Assembly (NCBI GenBank): GCA_965248055.1
Contig: CBDFIJ010000004.1
Location: forward strand, 3,104,001 to 3,168,000
Length of the DNA stretch: 64,000 bases
Reading direction: 5' to 3'
From: Candidatus Multivoradales bacterium
Lineage (GTDB): Bacteria; Acidobacteriota; Thermoanaerobaculia; Multivoradales; JAHEKO01
Shown here: in pieces, positions 11,801-23,866 of the stretch
Position numbering within the stretch: the first letter of the stretch is position 1
Layout: each line of letters starts with the position of its first letter
Made by a program: the position numbers and the translations under genes
Notes under the pieces: model-generated
What the model was told of the DNA's origin: nothing
Database searches by the model: none
Seen by the model: only the letters and a program-made list of their open reading frames with translations

Positions 11801-14800
11801 CTACGGTGCGCTGCTGGCCAGTGATGGGGCGAGGCATGCGCTTCAAACCGGAACCTTAGCGCGCTATGTGCGGATCATGAAATCGGGCAATAACACATTC
11901 GATGATCTGATTAATTTGGCAGAGGTTGAGGTGCTTGATGCTGGCGGTGTCAACCGGGCGTTGGCCAGCTTGGGCGCAACGGCCAGCCAAAATTCCACCT
12001 TTAACTCTTCAACTTTGGCTTTGAATTGCAACGACGGCAATACCACCGGGAGTGGAGGGGCTAGTAACATATGTGCTACCGCTGGCACTACCGCCAACGA
12101 CTGGTGGGAAGTGGATTTAGGCGCGGTTTACAACATCGCTGAAATAAATATCTTCAATCGTGACGACGGTGCCGAAGAACGCTTGAGCAATGTGTATGTA
12201 CTGGCGGCGGATACCGCCTTTCCCGGGACCACCAACCTGACCGATGCGCGCAACAACGCCGATTTCGAATTTCAGCTCGGCGAAGTTATAGCCGCCAACC
12301 CGGACCGCACAGTGACGGTAACGGGGGGCACCGCCCCGACACTGACTCTGGGCCCGACGGTGGACAACGAGGCAGACGGCCAGCCGAGTGGCACGGCCAC
12401 GGACGACGGCGCGGATGAGGATGGTTCGGTTTTTCGATCGCCTGCCGGAACGAGTCATTCGATCTTCGGAGATGTAACAGTCAACAACGCGACAGGGGGC
12501 TCGGTGACGGTGTGTGCTTGGCTGGACCTGCCTTCAGGGGGCAGCGTAGACGGTGCGTTCGGCGCCTCAGACGGCCAGTGCCAGACGACCAGCGCGAGCA
12601 ATCCGACGCTAACGTTTCAATGGTCGGGTCTGCCGGATGACCAGACTTATGCGACCTACGCTCGTTTCCGAGTGAGTTCGTCGGTGATGACGACCTCTCA
12701 GGCAACGGGAGCCTTTGCGGACGGCGAGATCGAGGACTACCTGGTGAACTTCGATTTCACGCCGACGCGGGCGACGGTGAAGGGATTGAGGGCTCGCTTG
12801 CTGCCCGCCGGTTCGCTGCGGGAGGTGGCAGGGCTAGCGAGTTTGGTGGAAGGGATTGCGGATTCCCAGCTGGTGGCTGTGGTGGAGTGGGAGACGGTGA
12901 TGGAGCAGGGCACCAGCGGGTTTGACCTGGAGCGTCGTGGCGAGAATGGTTCTTGGCAGAAGCTCAACAGTCAGATGCTTCCGGGCTTGGTGGTCTCTCG
13001 CCAGGGTGGTGAATATCTGTGGGTCGACACCGAGGTTAGCGAAGGCAAGGTTTCCTACCGCTTGGTTGAGCACGAGGTCTGGGGTACCGAGTTGATGCAC
13101 GGCCCTTGGAAGGTTGACTTGAAAGCTCCTTTGCCGGGCAAGGGTCGAGGTCAGTCTAAGTCCATGCAACCTTCGATTTCAGAGGGTGGCAGCTCGAACG
13201 GTGTGCTCGAGTGGTGGGCTTGGGAAAAGCTCGACAGGCGTTTTGCTGGTCGTGGTCGCTCGGCTCCGTTGCCCGATGAGGAAGAAGTAGCGATGCGTTT
13301 GCGCCAACGCACGGCCCAGCGCCAGAGCCAGTTGAAGCAAAGAGCTGGAGCCGCCGCGCTTGCTGACAGGTCTGCAAGCACCGTCGGTAACGGCGGTAAC
13401 GGCGGTCGCCAGGCTGGGCTAGGCGCAGGTGTTGGATCTCGGGATGGAAACAACTTGATCAAATCCAGGCCCAAAGGCAGCGCTCGCCTAGTGACCGATG
13501 GTTCCGGTTGGTACAGCGCACAGGTTGCCGATCTCGCAGCGGCTCTGGGAGCGCCGAGCGCTAAGGTCAGCGGGATGCTGCAGAAGGGACATCTTGGCCT
13601 CTCAATGGGCGGGGACAGCGCACCCTACAGCTACGATGGCGGCAGTACGATCTACTTGGTCGGTTATCCGTATCAGAATCTGGATACCGTCTCGAACGCT
13701 TATCAAATGAGCTACGGTCGTGGAACGGTGATGACTGCCGCGGGTGGTGGTGGCCCCTCTTCTGGGGTTGCCGGAACCTTCCGGGATACCTTGGTTGCCG
13801 AGCAAGAAGTGTGGTTGCTGCCTTGGGCGACACGGGAAGAGGGTGGAGATACTTGGTATTGGGATTTCACCTACGCCCCGTACACGCCGGAAACGGTCTT
13901 GAGCTTCGATCTTCCCGACGCCGCAGCGGCTGGGACCGCTGACCTCCGCATCGCTTTGCGCGGCGCCAGCAAAAATGGTTCGGCACAGGATCATCACGCC
14001 TGGGTTTCGGTCAACGGGCAGGTACTGCCAGGCAGCGTGACCTGGGACGCCTACGGCTTGGTAACCCTGGAAACCAGTTTTGACCAGAGCCTGCTGGCTG
14101 GTGGCAATACCGTGACCTTGACGGTACACGCACAAGCCGGTGGCGACGCAACCTACAGTTTGGTGCTGGTCGATGACGTTCAAGTTTCCTTTGAGCGCAA
14201 GATGAGGGCCAAGGAAGGTTCTTTATGGGTGCGTAATGCAAGTACTGGAGTGATGACGGTAGAAGGCTTTGAGTCTGCCGACATCCGGGTTATTGAATTG
14301 AGTCAAGGCACCTCGGCAACCGAGCGGCAAAATTTGACGGTTAGTGCCGACGGCTTGGGCGGCTGGCAGGTGAGCTTCCGCGGTAAGAATGGCCGGGATT
14401 ATTTGGTGGTCGACCGCGCTCGCCCGGCATTGGTGGAAGCTGAGGTGGCTTCATCGCTCAAGAACCGTGGTTTAAGTGCTGAGTACCTGATCATCGCCCC
14501 TGAGTCGCTGGCTGAAGGTGCCCAGGCACTCAAGGATTACCGTTCCAACCGCTTTTCGACCCAGATCGTCTGGTTGCAAGACATCTACGATGAGTTCAGC
14601 TACGGCCGCACCGATTCGGCGGCGATCGAGGCCTTCTTGGCCAGCGTCTACGCCAAGTCACCACAACCCCCGCTCTACGTAGTCCTGTTGGGCCGAGGAA
14701 CGCTGGATCATCGCGATTTGCAGGGTTACGGCGAAAGCCTGATTCCGTTGCGACTCGCGGTCACTCCTTGGGGCCTCTATTCGAGCGATAACCGCTACGC

Positions 14801-15500
14801 GGATGTTAACGGCGACAAGCGGCCGGAGTTTGCTGTCGGTCGTATCCAGGCAATGACCAACGCCGAAGTGCTGACTTACGTCAACAAACTGGCGGCTTAC
14901 GAGGCTGGTGTTGGTACCGGTAGCGCCCTAGTGCTGGCGGACAATCCAGACGCTGCTGGAGACTTCCACGCCAACAGTGAAAAGACTGCGGCGAACCTCA
15001 GGTCCTACGGAGTGACGGTCGACAAGCTGTACCATCCGACGGATGCGGTGCGCACCGATCTGTTGAGTGGTTGGGCAGCCGGCGACTGGTCGTTGATTGT
15101 CTACGACGGCCACGGTGCATCCACCCAGTTGGGTAGTGAGGCCTATCTCAAGTCTAGCGACGTTGCCGGCTTGACCAACGGCTCGGCACTGCCGGTGTTT
15201 TCCGCCTGGACCTGTGCTGCTGGGGACAGCACTAGCCCCGGGATCATGGGTCTGGCAGATAGCTTGGTGCTGTCGTCAGGTGGTGGTGCGATCGCGGCGG
15301 TGGCCCCTGCTGGCCTGTCCTTGGATGCCCCAGCCCAACGGTTGAGTCAGTCGTTTCTCAATTCCCTGGTGGGTCGTGGCGAGACCGTGGGTCAGGCGTT
15401 TGTCCGTGCCCACGAGCAAGGGGAAGCGGAAGGTCTGTATCCCTGGATGCTGGACATCTACTTGGTGTCGGGCGACCCGGCGGTCAACCTGCAGGACTAG
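8805..15500 (+). CDS. Giant secreted lectin/adhesin-C25 cysteine peptidase, copy 2
   Basis: Near-identical to copy 1. Start placed at ATG 8805 (MNPKAIIK), behind a GGGGA SD and conserved with copy 3. Confidence 0.88.
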   Translation: MNPKAIIKALCMAVVFLAANLFAASAAQAQTNVALNKTITGFSSQVNGTMWAATNINDGVVNLTDRAWASVNQAPNSTGLDEWVSIDLGAAYLLDSLRVTSEIVTGGSRNIKDYNLYGSATGDFAGEETLLSSGTIPPLGDMGTHDVSFTPQAFRYVKLQGTSTYFIGSNIYVIVGELALFGGLDSDADGVIDDVDIDDDNDGILDTDEGDGAVDTDGDGLADSLDLDADGDGLPDTTEAQAGTITASGNDTDNDGLDDNFEPGGLPATAQDADGDSTPDWRDLNVAQLVIEKVGTARTTGSTTAVAEDDLIDWVLSYDNQSGGTINNVVLGDVLSGDHSVVSSDVPDGWVFTAGEFTADRVAGGGFGLTTPLPAVPTMSNINFGSTGGDGYDPILGADDGRIYMTFHHQSSGGVLQCVDPVTGTVCAGYTVLLRPNLISSTKIGHTPENTLFIGNRLYYPYTDPSSSDWGLGCFDVSAYDGVDPLTGNCDKDSNFSGSAWDDGGVSLGGGGVTSDRGAIQGPVLADDGNLYLLDYNMLMHCVQPDGNLCATTGTNLSTGDANLFTISADSLYSGTAIEMELWQNRIYFGVMYHDVTDGGDPNNSSVVIGCFDIATATNCWGTSAIVDDLSGLSIDASTFSNIHIRYDQAGAADAVCILSRAYDSTRNAEGCASLTGVAIANDDATYCAAYPGGTCVRGIPTNLEALFPNVNRTNGSGGEVHHNGRTYFNRFFTDEVYCWDWLAAPGGALCADFGVAGLVTGPTGAETYGIARDEAGCFWVLGDNNNLWNFDVLGNSPCLIAEIFAEDTLTPANAYCSTGASALTDNGALWEEVHLTDIDSDQFIALSADVYDLTGALLTHCDFKADTCTNGFTVVDSGFEETVDLSSLSVAGNNLELSVEFAAQVPLGTDLEALGRSPEFDLTWGFPGTAPPLELCLVTDPGPTSCPVSGSDFAANSATVQLRGAPNPDDSAGPVSLDIIPSTTAATCSMDYGDAPDSYGALLASDGARHALQTGTLARYVRIMKSGNNTFDDLINLAEVEVLDAGGVNRALASLGATASQNSTFNSSTLALNCNDGNTTGSGGASNICATAGTTANDWWEVDLGAVYNIAEINIFNRDDGAEERLSNVYVLAADTAFPGTTNLTDARNNADFEFQLGEVIAANPDRTVTVTGGTAPTLTLGPTVDNEADGQPSGTATDDGADEDGSVFRSPAGTSHSIFGDVTVNNATGGSVTVCAWLDLPSGGSVDGAFGASDGQCQTTSASNPTLTFQWSGLPDDQTYATYARFRVSSSVMTTSQATGAFADGEIEDYLVNFDFTPTRATVKGLRARLLPAGSLREVAGLASLVEGIADSQLVAVVEWETVMEQGTSGFDLERRGENGSWQKLNSQMLPGLVVSRQGGEYLWVDTEVSEGKVSYRLVEHEVWGTELMHGPWKVDLKAPLPGKGRGQSKSMQPSISEGGSSNGVLEWWAWEKLDRRFAGRGRSAPLPDEEEVAMRLRQRTAQRQSQLKQRAGAAALADRSASTVGNGGNGGRQAGLGAGVGSRDGNNLIKSRPKGSARLVTDGSGWYSAQVADLAAALGAPSAKVSGMLQKGHLGLSMGGDSAPYSYDGGSTIYLVGYPYQNLDTVSNAYQMSYGRGTVMTAAGGGGPSSGVAGTFRDTLVAEQEVWLLPWATREEGGDTWYWDFTYAPYTPETVLSFDLPDAAAAGTADLRIALRGASKNGSAQDHHAWVSVNGQVLPGSVTWDAYGLVTLETSFDQSLLAGGNTVTLTVHAQAGGDATYSLVLVDDVQVSFERKMRAKEGSLWVRNASTGVMTVEGFESADIRVIELSQGTSATERQNLTVSADGLGGWQVSFRGKNGRDYLVVDRARPALVEAEVASSLKNRGLSAEYLIIAPESLAEGAQALKDYRSNRFSTQIVWLQDIYDEFSYGRTDSAAIEAFLASVYAKSPQPPLYVVLLGRGTLDHRDLQGYGESLIPLRLAVTPWGLYSSDNRYADVNGDKRPEFAVGRIQAMTNAEVLTYVNKLAAYEAGVGTGSALVLADNPDAAGDFHANSEKTAANLRSYGVTVDKLYHPTDAVRTDLLSGWAAGDWSLIVYDGHGASTQLGSEAYLKSSDVAGLTNGSALPVFSAWTCAAGDSTSPGIMGLADSLVLSSGGGAIAAVAPAGLSLDAPAQRLSQSFLNSLVGRGETVGQAFVRAHEQGEAEGLYPWMLDIYLVSGDPAVNLQD

Positions 15501-15506
15501 TTGTTA

Positions 15507-15694
15507 TTAAGAAGGGGACACAATACCCCCTAATCAGAAAGCTCAATTCCGAATCAAAGAATCGCGGATCGGTGGAAACGGGTTTTGTTAAGAAAGGGGA
15601 CACAATACCCCCTAATCAGAAAGCTCGATTCCGAATCACAGAATCGCGGATCAATGGAAACGAGTTTGGGGTTGCAAATAGGGTTTGTGTCCCC
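15507..15694. repeat. GGGGACACA...TGTGTCCCC element, two direct units plus inverted end
   Basis: Same layout as 8049-8234, directly after the copy 2 stop. Confidence 0.85.
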
Positions 15695-15848
15695 TTGTCC
15701 TCCGCTCCCCGCGCCAGGCTCTCCCAATATTGCGTGCTGTTTCTTTGGGAGGGTGGATACCCTGCCGGAATCACGGATCGGCGAATGCACAGGGGATAAG
15801 AAAGCAACAAAATACGTCCCTCTCCTCATCGGGCAGAGCAAGAATCCT

Positions 15849-15928
15849 TATGTTTACATCTTGGCCAATAATCCCAACGCAATCCTCTGCGTCGGAGTGA
15901 GCTCGAACCGAGTGCGTCGCATAAACTT
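15849..15928 (+). pseudogene. N-terminal remnant of a small GIY-YIG endonuclease
   Basis: YVYILANNPNAILCVGVSSNRVRRI resembles the YVYIL...LYxGVTxxLxRR signature; interrupted by an IS3 end at 15929. Confidence 0.6.
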
Positions 15929-16031
15929 TGAAACTGCCCCGTTTTAGTGGACACACAGTCTAGCTCTCATTAGGCGAGAGCGGTTTGGTTAAGGACCGTA
16001 GCCACAGCGGCAAGTTGGTTTTCGTAGGCGA
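15929..16031 (-). mobile_element. Isolated, diverged IS3 right-end fragment
   Basis: TGAAACTGCCCCGTTTTAGTGGACACACAGTCTAGCTCTCATT... aligns with the reverse complement of ~24995-25097. Confidence 0.85.
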
Positions 16032-16281
16032 GCGGACGCCGTTGTTCCCTCATTCCCGTGAGGATAGGGTACTGCAAATTGGATAGCTGCCACTGAGCCT
16101 AGGAACCCAACATATTCTCCTGGGAGAAACTCCCGCCCCCGCCCTTCCGTGGCAGTTACTTAAGTTGGGAACTCATTCTGATTCAACGGTTAGGAATTTG
16201 GCTCAGGAGTTGCATTTACAACCGGTAATCACTAATGTGTCGGGTGGAGCTCGATCAATATTGGTGTTTCTGATCCATCAT

Positions 16282-16297
16282 AGTGACATGGGTCACA
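16282..16297. promoter_or_regulatory. CRP/FNR-family-like binding site upstream of copy 3
   Basis: AGTGA-CATGGG-TCACA, one mismatch to TGTGA-N6-TCACA. Confidence 0.4.
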
Positions 16298-16483
16298 TCT
16301 AATTTGGGCGAGACGGCTAGCCAAAGTTTCAGCTTTGACGCGAATCACTCGGCTTCGAATTGCAACGCTGGCAGCACCAACGGGATTTTTGCGGGAAACA
16401 GCAAATATGCGAATTGATGGGAATTAAAATGTGGATAGAACTTAAACACGATATGTTGACCATTGCACCACAGGGGATTTGAA

Positions 16484-19400
16484 ATGAACCCGAAAGCAAT
16501 CATAAAAGCCTTGTGCATGGCTGTTGTTTTTCTAGCAGCTAATCTTTTCGCCGCATCCGCGGCGCAGGCGCAGACCAATGTCGCCTTAAACAAAACCATC
16601 ACTGGTTTCAGTTCGCAGGTCAACGGCACTATGTGGGCGGCAACCAACATCAATGATGGTGTGGTCAATTTGACCGATCGGGCTTGGGCTTCGGTGAACC
16701 AGGCTCCGAATTCAACTGGATTGGATGAATGGGTGAGCATTGACCTCGGTGCAGCGTATCTGCTGGATTCGTTGAGGGTCACGAGTGAGATTGTTACTGG
16801 TGGTTCCCGCAATATTAAAGACTACAATCTGTATGGCAGCGCCACCGGCGACTTTGCGGGGGAGGAAACGCTCCTGTCGTCGGGCACGATTCCGCCATTG
16901 GGGGACATGGGGACCCACGACGTTTCGTTTACTCCCCAAGCGTTCCGCTACGTGAAACTCCAAGGCACATCGACCTATTTTATTGGCTCGAACATTTACG
17001 TTATCGTCGGTGAGTTGGCTCTTTTTGGTGGGCTGGACAGCGACGGCGACGGGGTCATTGACGACGTCGACATCGACGACGACAACGACGGCATTCTGGA
17101 CACCGACGAGGGCGACGGCGCGGTGGATACCGACGGCGATGGCCTTGCCGACTCTCTGGATCTGGATGCCGATGGCGACGGACTGCCCGATACCATGGAA
17201 GCTCAAGCCGGCACCATTACCGCCAGCGGCAACGACACTGACAACGACGGTTTGGACGACAACTTCGAGCCCGGCGGGCTGCCGGCCACCGCTCAGGATG
17301 CCGATGGCGACAGCACCCCCGACTGGCGTGACTTGAACGTGGCGCAGCTGGTGATCGAGAAAGTGGGCACGGCGCGAACCACTGGCTCCACCACCGCCGT
17401 GGCCGAAGACGACCTGATCGATTGGGTGCTCAGCTATGACAACCAGAGTGGCGGCACGATCAATAATGTGGTTTTGGGCGACGTGCTCTCCGGCGATCAC
17501 AGCGTCGTCAGTAGCGATGTTCCCGACGGCTGGGGCTTCACAGCCGGAGAGTTCACCGCTGATCGGGTGGCCGGCGGCGGCTTCGGCCTCACTACTCCGC
17601 TGCCGGCGGTGCCCGCCGCGACCAACATCAACTTCGGCAGCACCGGCGGCGATGGTTACGACCCGATTCTCGGTGCCGACGATGGCCGTATCTATATGAC
17701 GTTTCACCATCAATCCTCCGGCGGCGTGTTGCAGTGCGTTGATCCGGTAACCGGTACCGTCTGTGCTGGTTATACGGTGCTCTTGCGCCCCAACCTCATC
17801 AGTTCTACCAAAATAGGCCAGACGCCGGAGAACACGCTGTTTATCGGCAACCGTCTCTACTACCCCTATACCGATCCCACCTCGAGCGATTGGGGTCTGG
17901 GCTGTTTCGATGTTTCGGCCTATGACGGGGTGGATCCACTGACCGGCAATTGTGACAAAGACAGCAATTTCTCGGGCAGTGCCTGGGATGACGGCGGGGT
18001 GTCACTGGGCGGTGGCGGCGTAACCTCGGATCGTGGAGCCATCCAGGGACCGGTGTTGGCTGACGACGGCAATCTATACCTGCTCGACTACAACATGCTG
18101 ATGCACTGCGTGCAGCCCGATGGCAACCTGTGTGCGACCACTGGCACCAATATGTCAACCGGCGATGCAAATCTATTTACCATTAGCGCAGATAGTCTTT
18201 ACAGTGGTACGGCAATTGAGATGGAGTTATGGCAGAACCGGATCTATTTCGGCGTGATGTACCATGACGTCACCGATGGCGGTGATCCCAACAATAGTAG
18301 TGTTGTGATTGGCTGTTTCGATATTGCCACGGCATCAAATTGCTGGGGAACGTCCGCCATAGTCGATGATCTCTCTGGATTATCGATCGACGCGAGCACT
18401 TTCTCCAATATTCATATACGTTATGACCAAGCCGGGGCGGCGGATGCGGTATGTATCCTCAGTCGGGCCTATGATTCCACGCGCAACGCGGAAGGTTGTG
18501 CCAGTTTGACCGGCGTTGCCATCGCCAACGATGATGCAACCTATTGTGCGGCTTATCCTGGGGGCACCTGCGTTCGCGGTATTCCGACCAATCTCGAAGC
18601 GCTGTTCCCCAATGTCAACCGGACCAACGGCAGCGGTGGCGAAGTGCATCACAATGGCAGGACGTATTTCAACCGTTTCTTTACAGATGAAGTGTACTGC
18701 TGGGACTGGTCGGCGGCGCCTGGGGGGGCGCTGTGCGCCGACTTTGGGGTTGCTGGCGTAGTCACCGGACCCACTGGTGCCGAGACCTATGGTGTTGCTC
18801 GTGACGAAGCGGGGTGTTTCTGGGTGCTGGGCGACCAGAATAACCTGTGGAACTTCGATGTCTTGGGCAACTCGCCGTGTTTAATTGCCGAGATTTTCGC
18901 TGAAGACACGCTTACCCCGGCGAACGCCTACTGTTCCACTGGCCCCAGCGCTTTGACCGATAACGGCGCGTTGTGGGAAGAACTCCGTCTGACGGATATT
19001 GACAGTGATCAATTTATCGCCTTGAGCGCGGATGTCTACGACCTCACCGGCGCGCTGGTTACCCATTGCGACTTCAAGGCCGATACCTGTAGCAACGGCT
19101 TCACTGTGGTCGACAGCGGCTTTGAGGAGACGGTGGATCTGAGCTCTCTCAGCGTGGCCGGCAACAACCTGGAACTAAGCGTTGAGTTTGCCGCCCAGCT
19201 GCCCCTGGGTACCGACCTGGAAGCACTCGGCCGTTCGCCGCAATTTGATCTCACTTGGGACTACCCCGGCACCGCGCCGCCGCTTGAGATGTGTCTGGTG
19301 ACCGATCCCGGCCCCACCAGTTGCCCGGTTTCCGGCAGCGACTTTGCCGCCAACAGCGCTACGGTGCAACTGCGAGGCGCGCCCAACCCCGACGACAGCG

Positions 19401-22400
19401 CCGGACCGGTGTCGCTGGACATTATTCCCTCCACCACCGCTGCTACTTGCGTTATGGACTACGGCGATGCGCCGGACAGCTACGGCTCGCTGCTGGCCAG
19501 CGATGGGGCGAGGCATGTGATTCAAACTGGAACGTTAGCGCGCTATGTGCGGATCATGAAATCGGGTAATAACACAGGGGGTAATTGGTTAAATATGGCA
19601 GAGGTTGAGGTGCTTGACGCTGGCGGTGTCAACCGGGCGTTGGCCAGCTTGGGCGCAACGGCCAGCCAAAGTTCCACCGCTTCCGGTCCCCTCCTGCCTT
19701 CGTTTTGCAACGACGGCAACACCGCCGGGACAGGTACAGCAGGGAACATTTGTCGTACTAATGCCCCCACCGCTAACGAATGGTGGGAAGTAGACCTGGG
19801 CGCGGTTTACGACATCGCTGAAATAAATATCTTCAATCGTGATGATTGTTGCCAGGAAAGATTGAGCAATGTGTATGTACTGGCGGCGGATACCGCCTTT
19901 CCCGGGACCACCAACCTGACCGATGCGCGCAACAACGCCGATTTCGAATTTCAGCTCGGCGAAGTTATAGCCGCCAACCCGGACCGCACAGTGACGGTAA
20001 CGGGGGGCACCGCCCCGACACTGACTCTGGGCTCGACGGTAGATTCGGAAAGCGACGGCCAGCCGAGTGTTGCGGCCGTGGATGACGGCGCGGATGAGGA
20101 CGGTACAGTTTTTCGAACACCTGCCGAAACGAGTCATACGATCTTCGGAGATGTAACAGTCAACAACGCGACAGGGGGCTCGGTGACGGTGTGTGCTTGG
20201 CTGGACCTGCCTTCAGGGGGCAGCGTAGACGGTGCGTTCGACGCCTCAGACGGCCAGTGCCAGACGACCAGCGCGAGCAATCCGACGCTAACGTTTCAAT
20301 GGTCGGGTCTGCCGGATGATCAGGCTTATGCGACCTACGCTCGTTTCCGCGTGAGTTCGTCGGCGATGACGACCTCTCAGGCGACGGGAGCCTTTGCGGA
20401 CGGCGAGATCGAGGACTATCTGGTGAACTTCGATTTCAGGCCGCCGACGCGGGCGACGGTGAAGGGATTGAGGGCTCGCTTGCTGCCCGCCGGTTCGCTG
20501 CGGGAGGTGGCAGGGCTAGCGAGTTTGGTGGAAGGGATTGCGGATTCCCAGCTGGTGGCTGTGGTGGAGTGGGAGACGGTGATGGAGCAGGGCACCAGCG
20601 GGTTTGACCTGGAGCGTCGTGGCGAGAATGGTTCTTGGCAGAAGCTCAACAATCAGATGCTTCCGGGCTTGGTGGTCTCTCGCCAGGGTGGTGAATATCT
20701 GTGGGTCGACACCGAGGTTAGCGAAGGCAAGGTTTCCTACCGCTTGGTTGAGCACGAGGTCTGGGGTACCGAGTTGATGCACGGCCCGTGGAAGGTCGAC
20801 TTGAAAGCTCCTTTGCCGGGCAAAGGTAGAGGTCAGTCTAAGTCCATGCAACCTTCGATTTCACAGGGTGGCAGCTCGAACGGTGTGCTCGAGTGGTGGG
20901 CCTGGGAAAAGCTCGACAGGCGTTTTGCTGGTCGTGGTCGCTCGGCTCCGTTGCCCGATGAGGAAGAAGTAGCGATGCGTTTGCGCCAGCGCACGGCTAA
21001 GCGCCAGAGCCAGTTGAAGCAAAGAGCTGGAGCCGCCGCGCTTGCTGACAGGTCTGCAAGCACCGTCGGTAACGGCGGTAACGGCGGTCGCCAGGCTGGG
21101 CTAGGCGCAGGTGTTGGATCTCGGGATGGAAACAACTTGATCAAATCCAGGCCCAAAGGCAGCGCTCGCCTAGTGACCGATGGTTCCGGTTGGTACAGCG
21201 CACAGGTTGCCGATCTCGCAGCGGCTCTGGGAGAGCCGAGCGCTAAGGTCAGCGGGATGCTGCAGAAGGGACATCTTGGCCTCTCAATGGGCGGGGACAG
21301 CGCACCCTACAGCTACGATGGCGGCAGTACGATCTACTTGGTCGGTTATCCGTATCAGAATCTGGATACCGTCTCGAACGCTTATCAAATGAGCTACGGT
21401 CGTGGAACGGTGATGACTGCCGCGGGTGGTGGTGGCCCCTCTTCTGGGGTTGCCGGAACCTTCCGGGATACCTTGGTTGCCGAGCAAGAAGTGTGGTTGC
21501 TGCCTTGGGCGACACGGGAAGAGGGTGGAGATACTTGGTATTGGGATTTCACCTACGCCCCGTACACGCCGGAAACGGTCTTGAGCTTCGATCTTCCCGA
21601 CGCCGCAGCGGCTGGGACCGCTGACCTCCGCATCGCTTTGCGCGGCGCCAGCAAAAATGGTTCGGCACAGGATCATCACGCCTGGGTTTCGGTCAACGGG
21701 CAGGTACTGCCAGGCAGCGTGACCTGGGACGCCTACGGCTTGGTAACCCTGGAAACCAGTTTTGACCAGAGCCTGCTGGCTGGTGGCAATACCGTGACCT
21801 TGACGGTACACGCACAAGCCGGTGGCGACGCAACCTACAGTTTGGTGCTGGTCGATGACGTTCAAGTTTCCTTTGAGCGCAAGATGAGGGCCAAGGAAGG
21901 TTCTTTATGGGTGCGTAATGCAAGTACTGGAGTGATGACGGTAGAAGGCTTTGAGTCTGCCGACATCCGGGTTATTGAATTGAGTCAAGGCACCTCGGCA
22001 ACCGAGCGGCAAAATTTGACGGTTAGTGCCGACGGCTTGGGCGGCTGGCAGGTGAGCTTCCGCGGTAAGAATGGCCGGGATTATTTGGTGGTCGACCGCG
22101 CTCGCCCGGCATTGGTGGAAGCTGAGGTGGCTTCATCGCTCAAGAACCGTGGTTTAAGTGCTGAGTACCTGATCATCGCCCCTGAGTCGCTGGCTGAAGG
22201 TGCCCAGGCACTCAAGGATTACCGTTCCAACCGCTTTTCGACCCAGATCGTCTGGTTGCAAGACATCTACGATGAGTTCAGCTATGGTCGCACCGATTCG
22301 GCGGCGATCGAGGCCTTCTTGGCCAGCGTCTACGCCAAGTCACCACAACCCCCGCTCTACGTAGTCCTGCTGGGGCGAGGAACGCTGGATCATCGCGATT

Positions 22401-23182
22401 TGCAGGGTTACGGCGAAAGCCTGATTCCGTTGCGACTCGCGGTCACTCCTTGGGGCCTGTATTCGAGCGATAACCGCTACGCGGACATCAATGGCGACAA
22501 GCGGCCTGAGTTCTCTGTCGGTCGTATCCAGGCAATGACCAACGCCGAAGTGCTGACTTATGTCAACAAACTGGCGGCTTACGAGGCTGGTGTTGGTACC
22601 GGTAGCGCCCTAGTGCTGGCGGACAATCCAGACGATGCTGGAGACTTCCACGCCAACAGTGAAAAGACTGCGGCGAACCTCAGGTCCTACGGAGTGACGG
22701 TCGACAAGCTGTACCATCCGACCGATGCGGTGCGCACCGATCTGTTGAGTGGTTGGGCAGCCGGCGACTGGTCGTTGATTGTCTACGACGGCCACGGTGC
22801 ATCCACCCAGTTGGGTAGTGAGGCCTATCTCAAGTCTAGCGACGTTGCCGGCTTGACCAACGGCTCAGCACTGCCGGTGTTTTCCGCCTGGACCTGTGCT
22901 GCTGGGGACAGCACTAGCCCCGGGATCATGGGTCTGGCAGATAGCTTGGTGCTGTCGTCAGGTGGTGGTGCGATCGCAGCGGTGGCCCCTGCTGGCCTGT
23001 CCTTGGATGCCCCAGCCCAACGGTTGAGTCAGTCGTTTCTCGATTTCTTGGTGGGTCGTGGCGAGACCGTGGGTCAGGCGTTTGTCCGTGCCCACGAGCA
23101 AGGGGAAGCGGAAGGTCTGTATCCCTGGATGCTGGACATCTACTTGGTGTCGGGCGACCCGGCGGTCAACCTGCAGGACTAG
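16484..23182 (+). CDS. Giant secreted lectin/adhesin-C25 cysteine peptidase, copy 3, with a divergent second lectin domain
   Basis: Same architecture; ATG 16484 behind GGGGA; lectin segment contains [10 protein letters not shown]. Confidence 0.88.
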   Translation: MNPKAIIKALCMAVVFLAANLFAASAAQAQTNVALNKTITGFSSQVNGTMWAATNINDGVVNLTDRAWASVNQAPNSTGLDEWVSIDLGAAYLLDSLRVTSEIVTGGSRNIKDYNLYGSATGDFAGEETLLSSGTIPPLGDMGTHDVSFTPQAFRYVKLQGTSTYFIGSNIYVIVGELALFGGLDSDGDGVIDDVDIDDDNDGILDTDEGDGAVDTDGDGLADSLDLDADGDGLPDTMEAQAGTITASGNDTDNDGLDDNFEPGGLPATAQDADGDSTPDWRDLNVAQLVIEKVGTARTTGSTTAVAEDDLIDWVLSYDNQSGGTINNVVLGDVLSGDHSVVSSDVPDGWGFTAGEFTADRVAGGGFGLTTPLPAVPAATNINFGSTGGDGYDPILGADDGRIYMTFHHQSSGGVLQCVDPVTGTVCAGYTVLLRPNLISSTKIGQTPENTLFIGNRLYYPYTDPTSSDWGLGCFDVSAYDGVDPLTGNCDKDSNFSGSAWDDGGVSLGGGGVTSDRGAIQGPVLADDGNLYLLDYNMLMHCVQPDGNLCATTGTNMSTGDANLFTISADSLYSGTAIEMELWQNRIYFGVMYHDVTDGGDPNNSSVVIGCFDIATASNCWGTSAIVDDLSGLSIDASTFSNIHIRYDQAGAADAVCILSRAYDSTRNAEGCASLTGVAIANDDATYCAAYPGGTCVRGIPTNLEALFPNVNRTNGSGGEVHHNGRTYFNRFFTDEVYCWDWSAAPGGALCADFGVAGVVTGPTGAETYGVARDEAGCFWVLGDQNNLWNFDVLGNSPCLIAEIFAEDTLTPANAYCSTGPSALTDNGALWEELRLTDIDSDQFIALSADVYDLTGALVTHCDFKADTCSNGFTVVDSGFEETVDLSSLSVAGNNLELSVEFAAQLPLGTDLEALGRSPQFDLTWDYPGTAPPLEMCLVTDPGPTSCPVSGSDFAANSATVQLRGAPNPDDSAGPVSLDIIPSTTAATCVMDYGDAPDSYGSLLASDGARHVIQTGTLARYVRIMKSGNNTGGNWLNMAEVEVLDAGGVNRALASLGATASQSSTASGPLLPSFCNDGNTAGTGTAGNICRTNAPTANEWWEVDLGAVYDIAEINIFNRDDCCQERLSNVYVLAADTAFPGTTNLTDARNNADFEFQLGEVIAANPDRTVTVTGGTAPTLTLGSTVDSESDGQPSVAAVDDGADEDGTVFRTPAETSHTIFGDVTVNNATGGSVTVCAWLDLPSGGSVDGAFDASDGQCQTTSASNPTLTFQWSGLPDDQAYATYARFRVSSSAMTTSQATGAFADGEIEDYLVNFDFRPPTRATVKGLRARLLPAGSLREVAGLASLVEGIADSQLVAVVEWETVMEQGTSGFDLERRGENGSWQKLNNQMLPGLVVSRQGGEYLWVDTEVSEGKVSYRLVEHEVWGTELMHGPWKVDLKAPLPGKGRGQSKSMQPSISQGGSSNGVLEWWAWEKLDRRFAGRGRSAPLPDEEEVAMRLRQRTAKRQSQLKQRAGAAALADRSASTVGNGGNGGRQAGLGAGVGSRDGNNLIKSRPKGSARLVTDGSGWYSAQVADLAAALGEPSAKVSGMLQKGHLGLSMGGDSAPYSYDGGSTIYLVGYPYQNLDTVSNAYQMSYGRGTVMTAAGGGGPSSGVAGTFRDTLVAEQEVWLLPWATREEGGDTWYWDFTYAPYTPETVLSFDLPDAAAAGTADLRIALRGASKNGSAQDHHAWVSVNGQVLPGSVTWDAYGLVTLETSFDQSLLAGGNTVTLTVHAQAGGDATYSLVLVDDVQVSFERKMRAKEGSLWVRNASTGVMTVEGFESADIRVIELSQGTSATERQNLTVSADGLGGWQVSFRGKNGRDYLVVDRARPALVEAEVASSLKNRGLSAEYLIIAPESLAEGAQALKDYRSNRFSTQIVWLQDIYDEFSYGRTDSAAIEAFLASVYAKSPQPPLYVVLLGRGTLDHRDLQGYGESLIPLRLAVTPWGLYSSDNRYADINGDKRPEFSVGRIQAMTNAEVLTYVNKLAAYEAGVGTGSALVLADNPDDAGDFHANSEKTAANLRSYGVTVDKLYHPTDAVRTDLLSGWAAGDWSLIVYDGHGASTQLGSEAYLKSSDVAGLTNGSALPVFSAWTCAAGDSTSPGIMGLADSLVLSSGGGAIAAVAPAGLSLDAPAQRLSQSFLDFLVGRGETVGQAFVRAHEQGEAEGLYPWMLDIYLVSGDPAVNLQD

Positions 23183-23188
23183 TTGTTA

Positions 23189-23294
23189 TTAAGAAGGGGA
23201 CACAATACCCCCTAATCAGAAAGCTCAATTCCGAATCAAAGAATCGCGGATCGGTGGAAACGGGTTTGGGATCAAAAATGGGGTTTGTGTCCCC
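23189..23294. repeat. GGGGACACA...TGTGTCCCC element, one unit plus inverted end
   Basis: Single ~80 bp unit followed by GGGTTTGTGTCCCC. Confidence 0.85.
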
Positions 23295-23311
23295 GTCTTG
23301 TCGGTACCAAC

Positions 23312-23775
23312 GTCATCCCCGTAGGGAGGGGGTTTCGGGGGGTCGGGGATCTTTGTCAATGCCAGAGACGCTCGGTACGGGACTGCAATTGCCACTAGAT
23401 CCCGGCCCCGCGCCCTCGCACCCGCCGGGATGACGAGGGAATGGGTCCTGCCGGGGTGACGGAGCGGATCCCGGCTAGCGTCTCCTCAACCTGCGGGCGG
23501 GGATCAACCCCGCCCCTGCGGAGAGGGCGGTCGCCATCACATTCTTTGTACCCCGTCGCGATTATTGGCCGTAGGGAGCCGGCAATCCCATTTCTTGGTA
23601 GGGAGGGGTTTACCCCCTCCCACGGCTCATTCCGAAATTGTCGCCTTGAAACCTGCCCCCCACATCGTCATCCCCGAAGGTTGGGGGTCTTTGGGGGTCG
23701 GGGATCTTTCAAGCGTAGGGGCATGCGTGCTGCCCTGAGATCCCGGCCCCCCGTCGGCCCACCCGCCGGGATGAC
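23312..23775. repeat. REP cluster: GTCATCCC/GGGATGAC pairs and GTAG-type palindromes
   Basis: GTCATCCCC...GGGGATC and GATCCCGG...CCGGGATGAC pairs at ~23312-23435 and ~23667-23775; GGGCGGGGATCAACCCCGCCCCT at 23495; GTAGGGAGGGGTTTACCCCCTCCC at 23598. Confidence 0.85.
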
Positions 23776-23866
23776 GAAAGAAAAGACGAGGCGCCTTTTG
23801 TTGGTTTGGAGTTGACCCGTTTTAGTGGACACTAAGAATAGGATCATTGGATCTAAGGAGGTGTTC

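Noticed and set aside
19451-20140. Diversity-generating retroelement acting on the lectin domain
   Set aside because: No reverse transcriptase or template repeat seen; differences include non-adenine synonymous changes (ACC/ACG, GGC/GGT).
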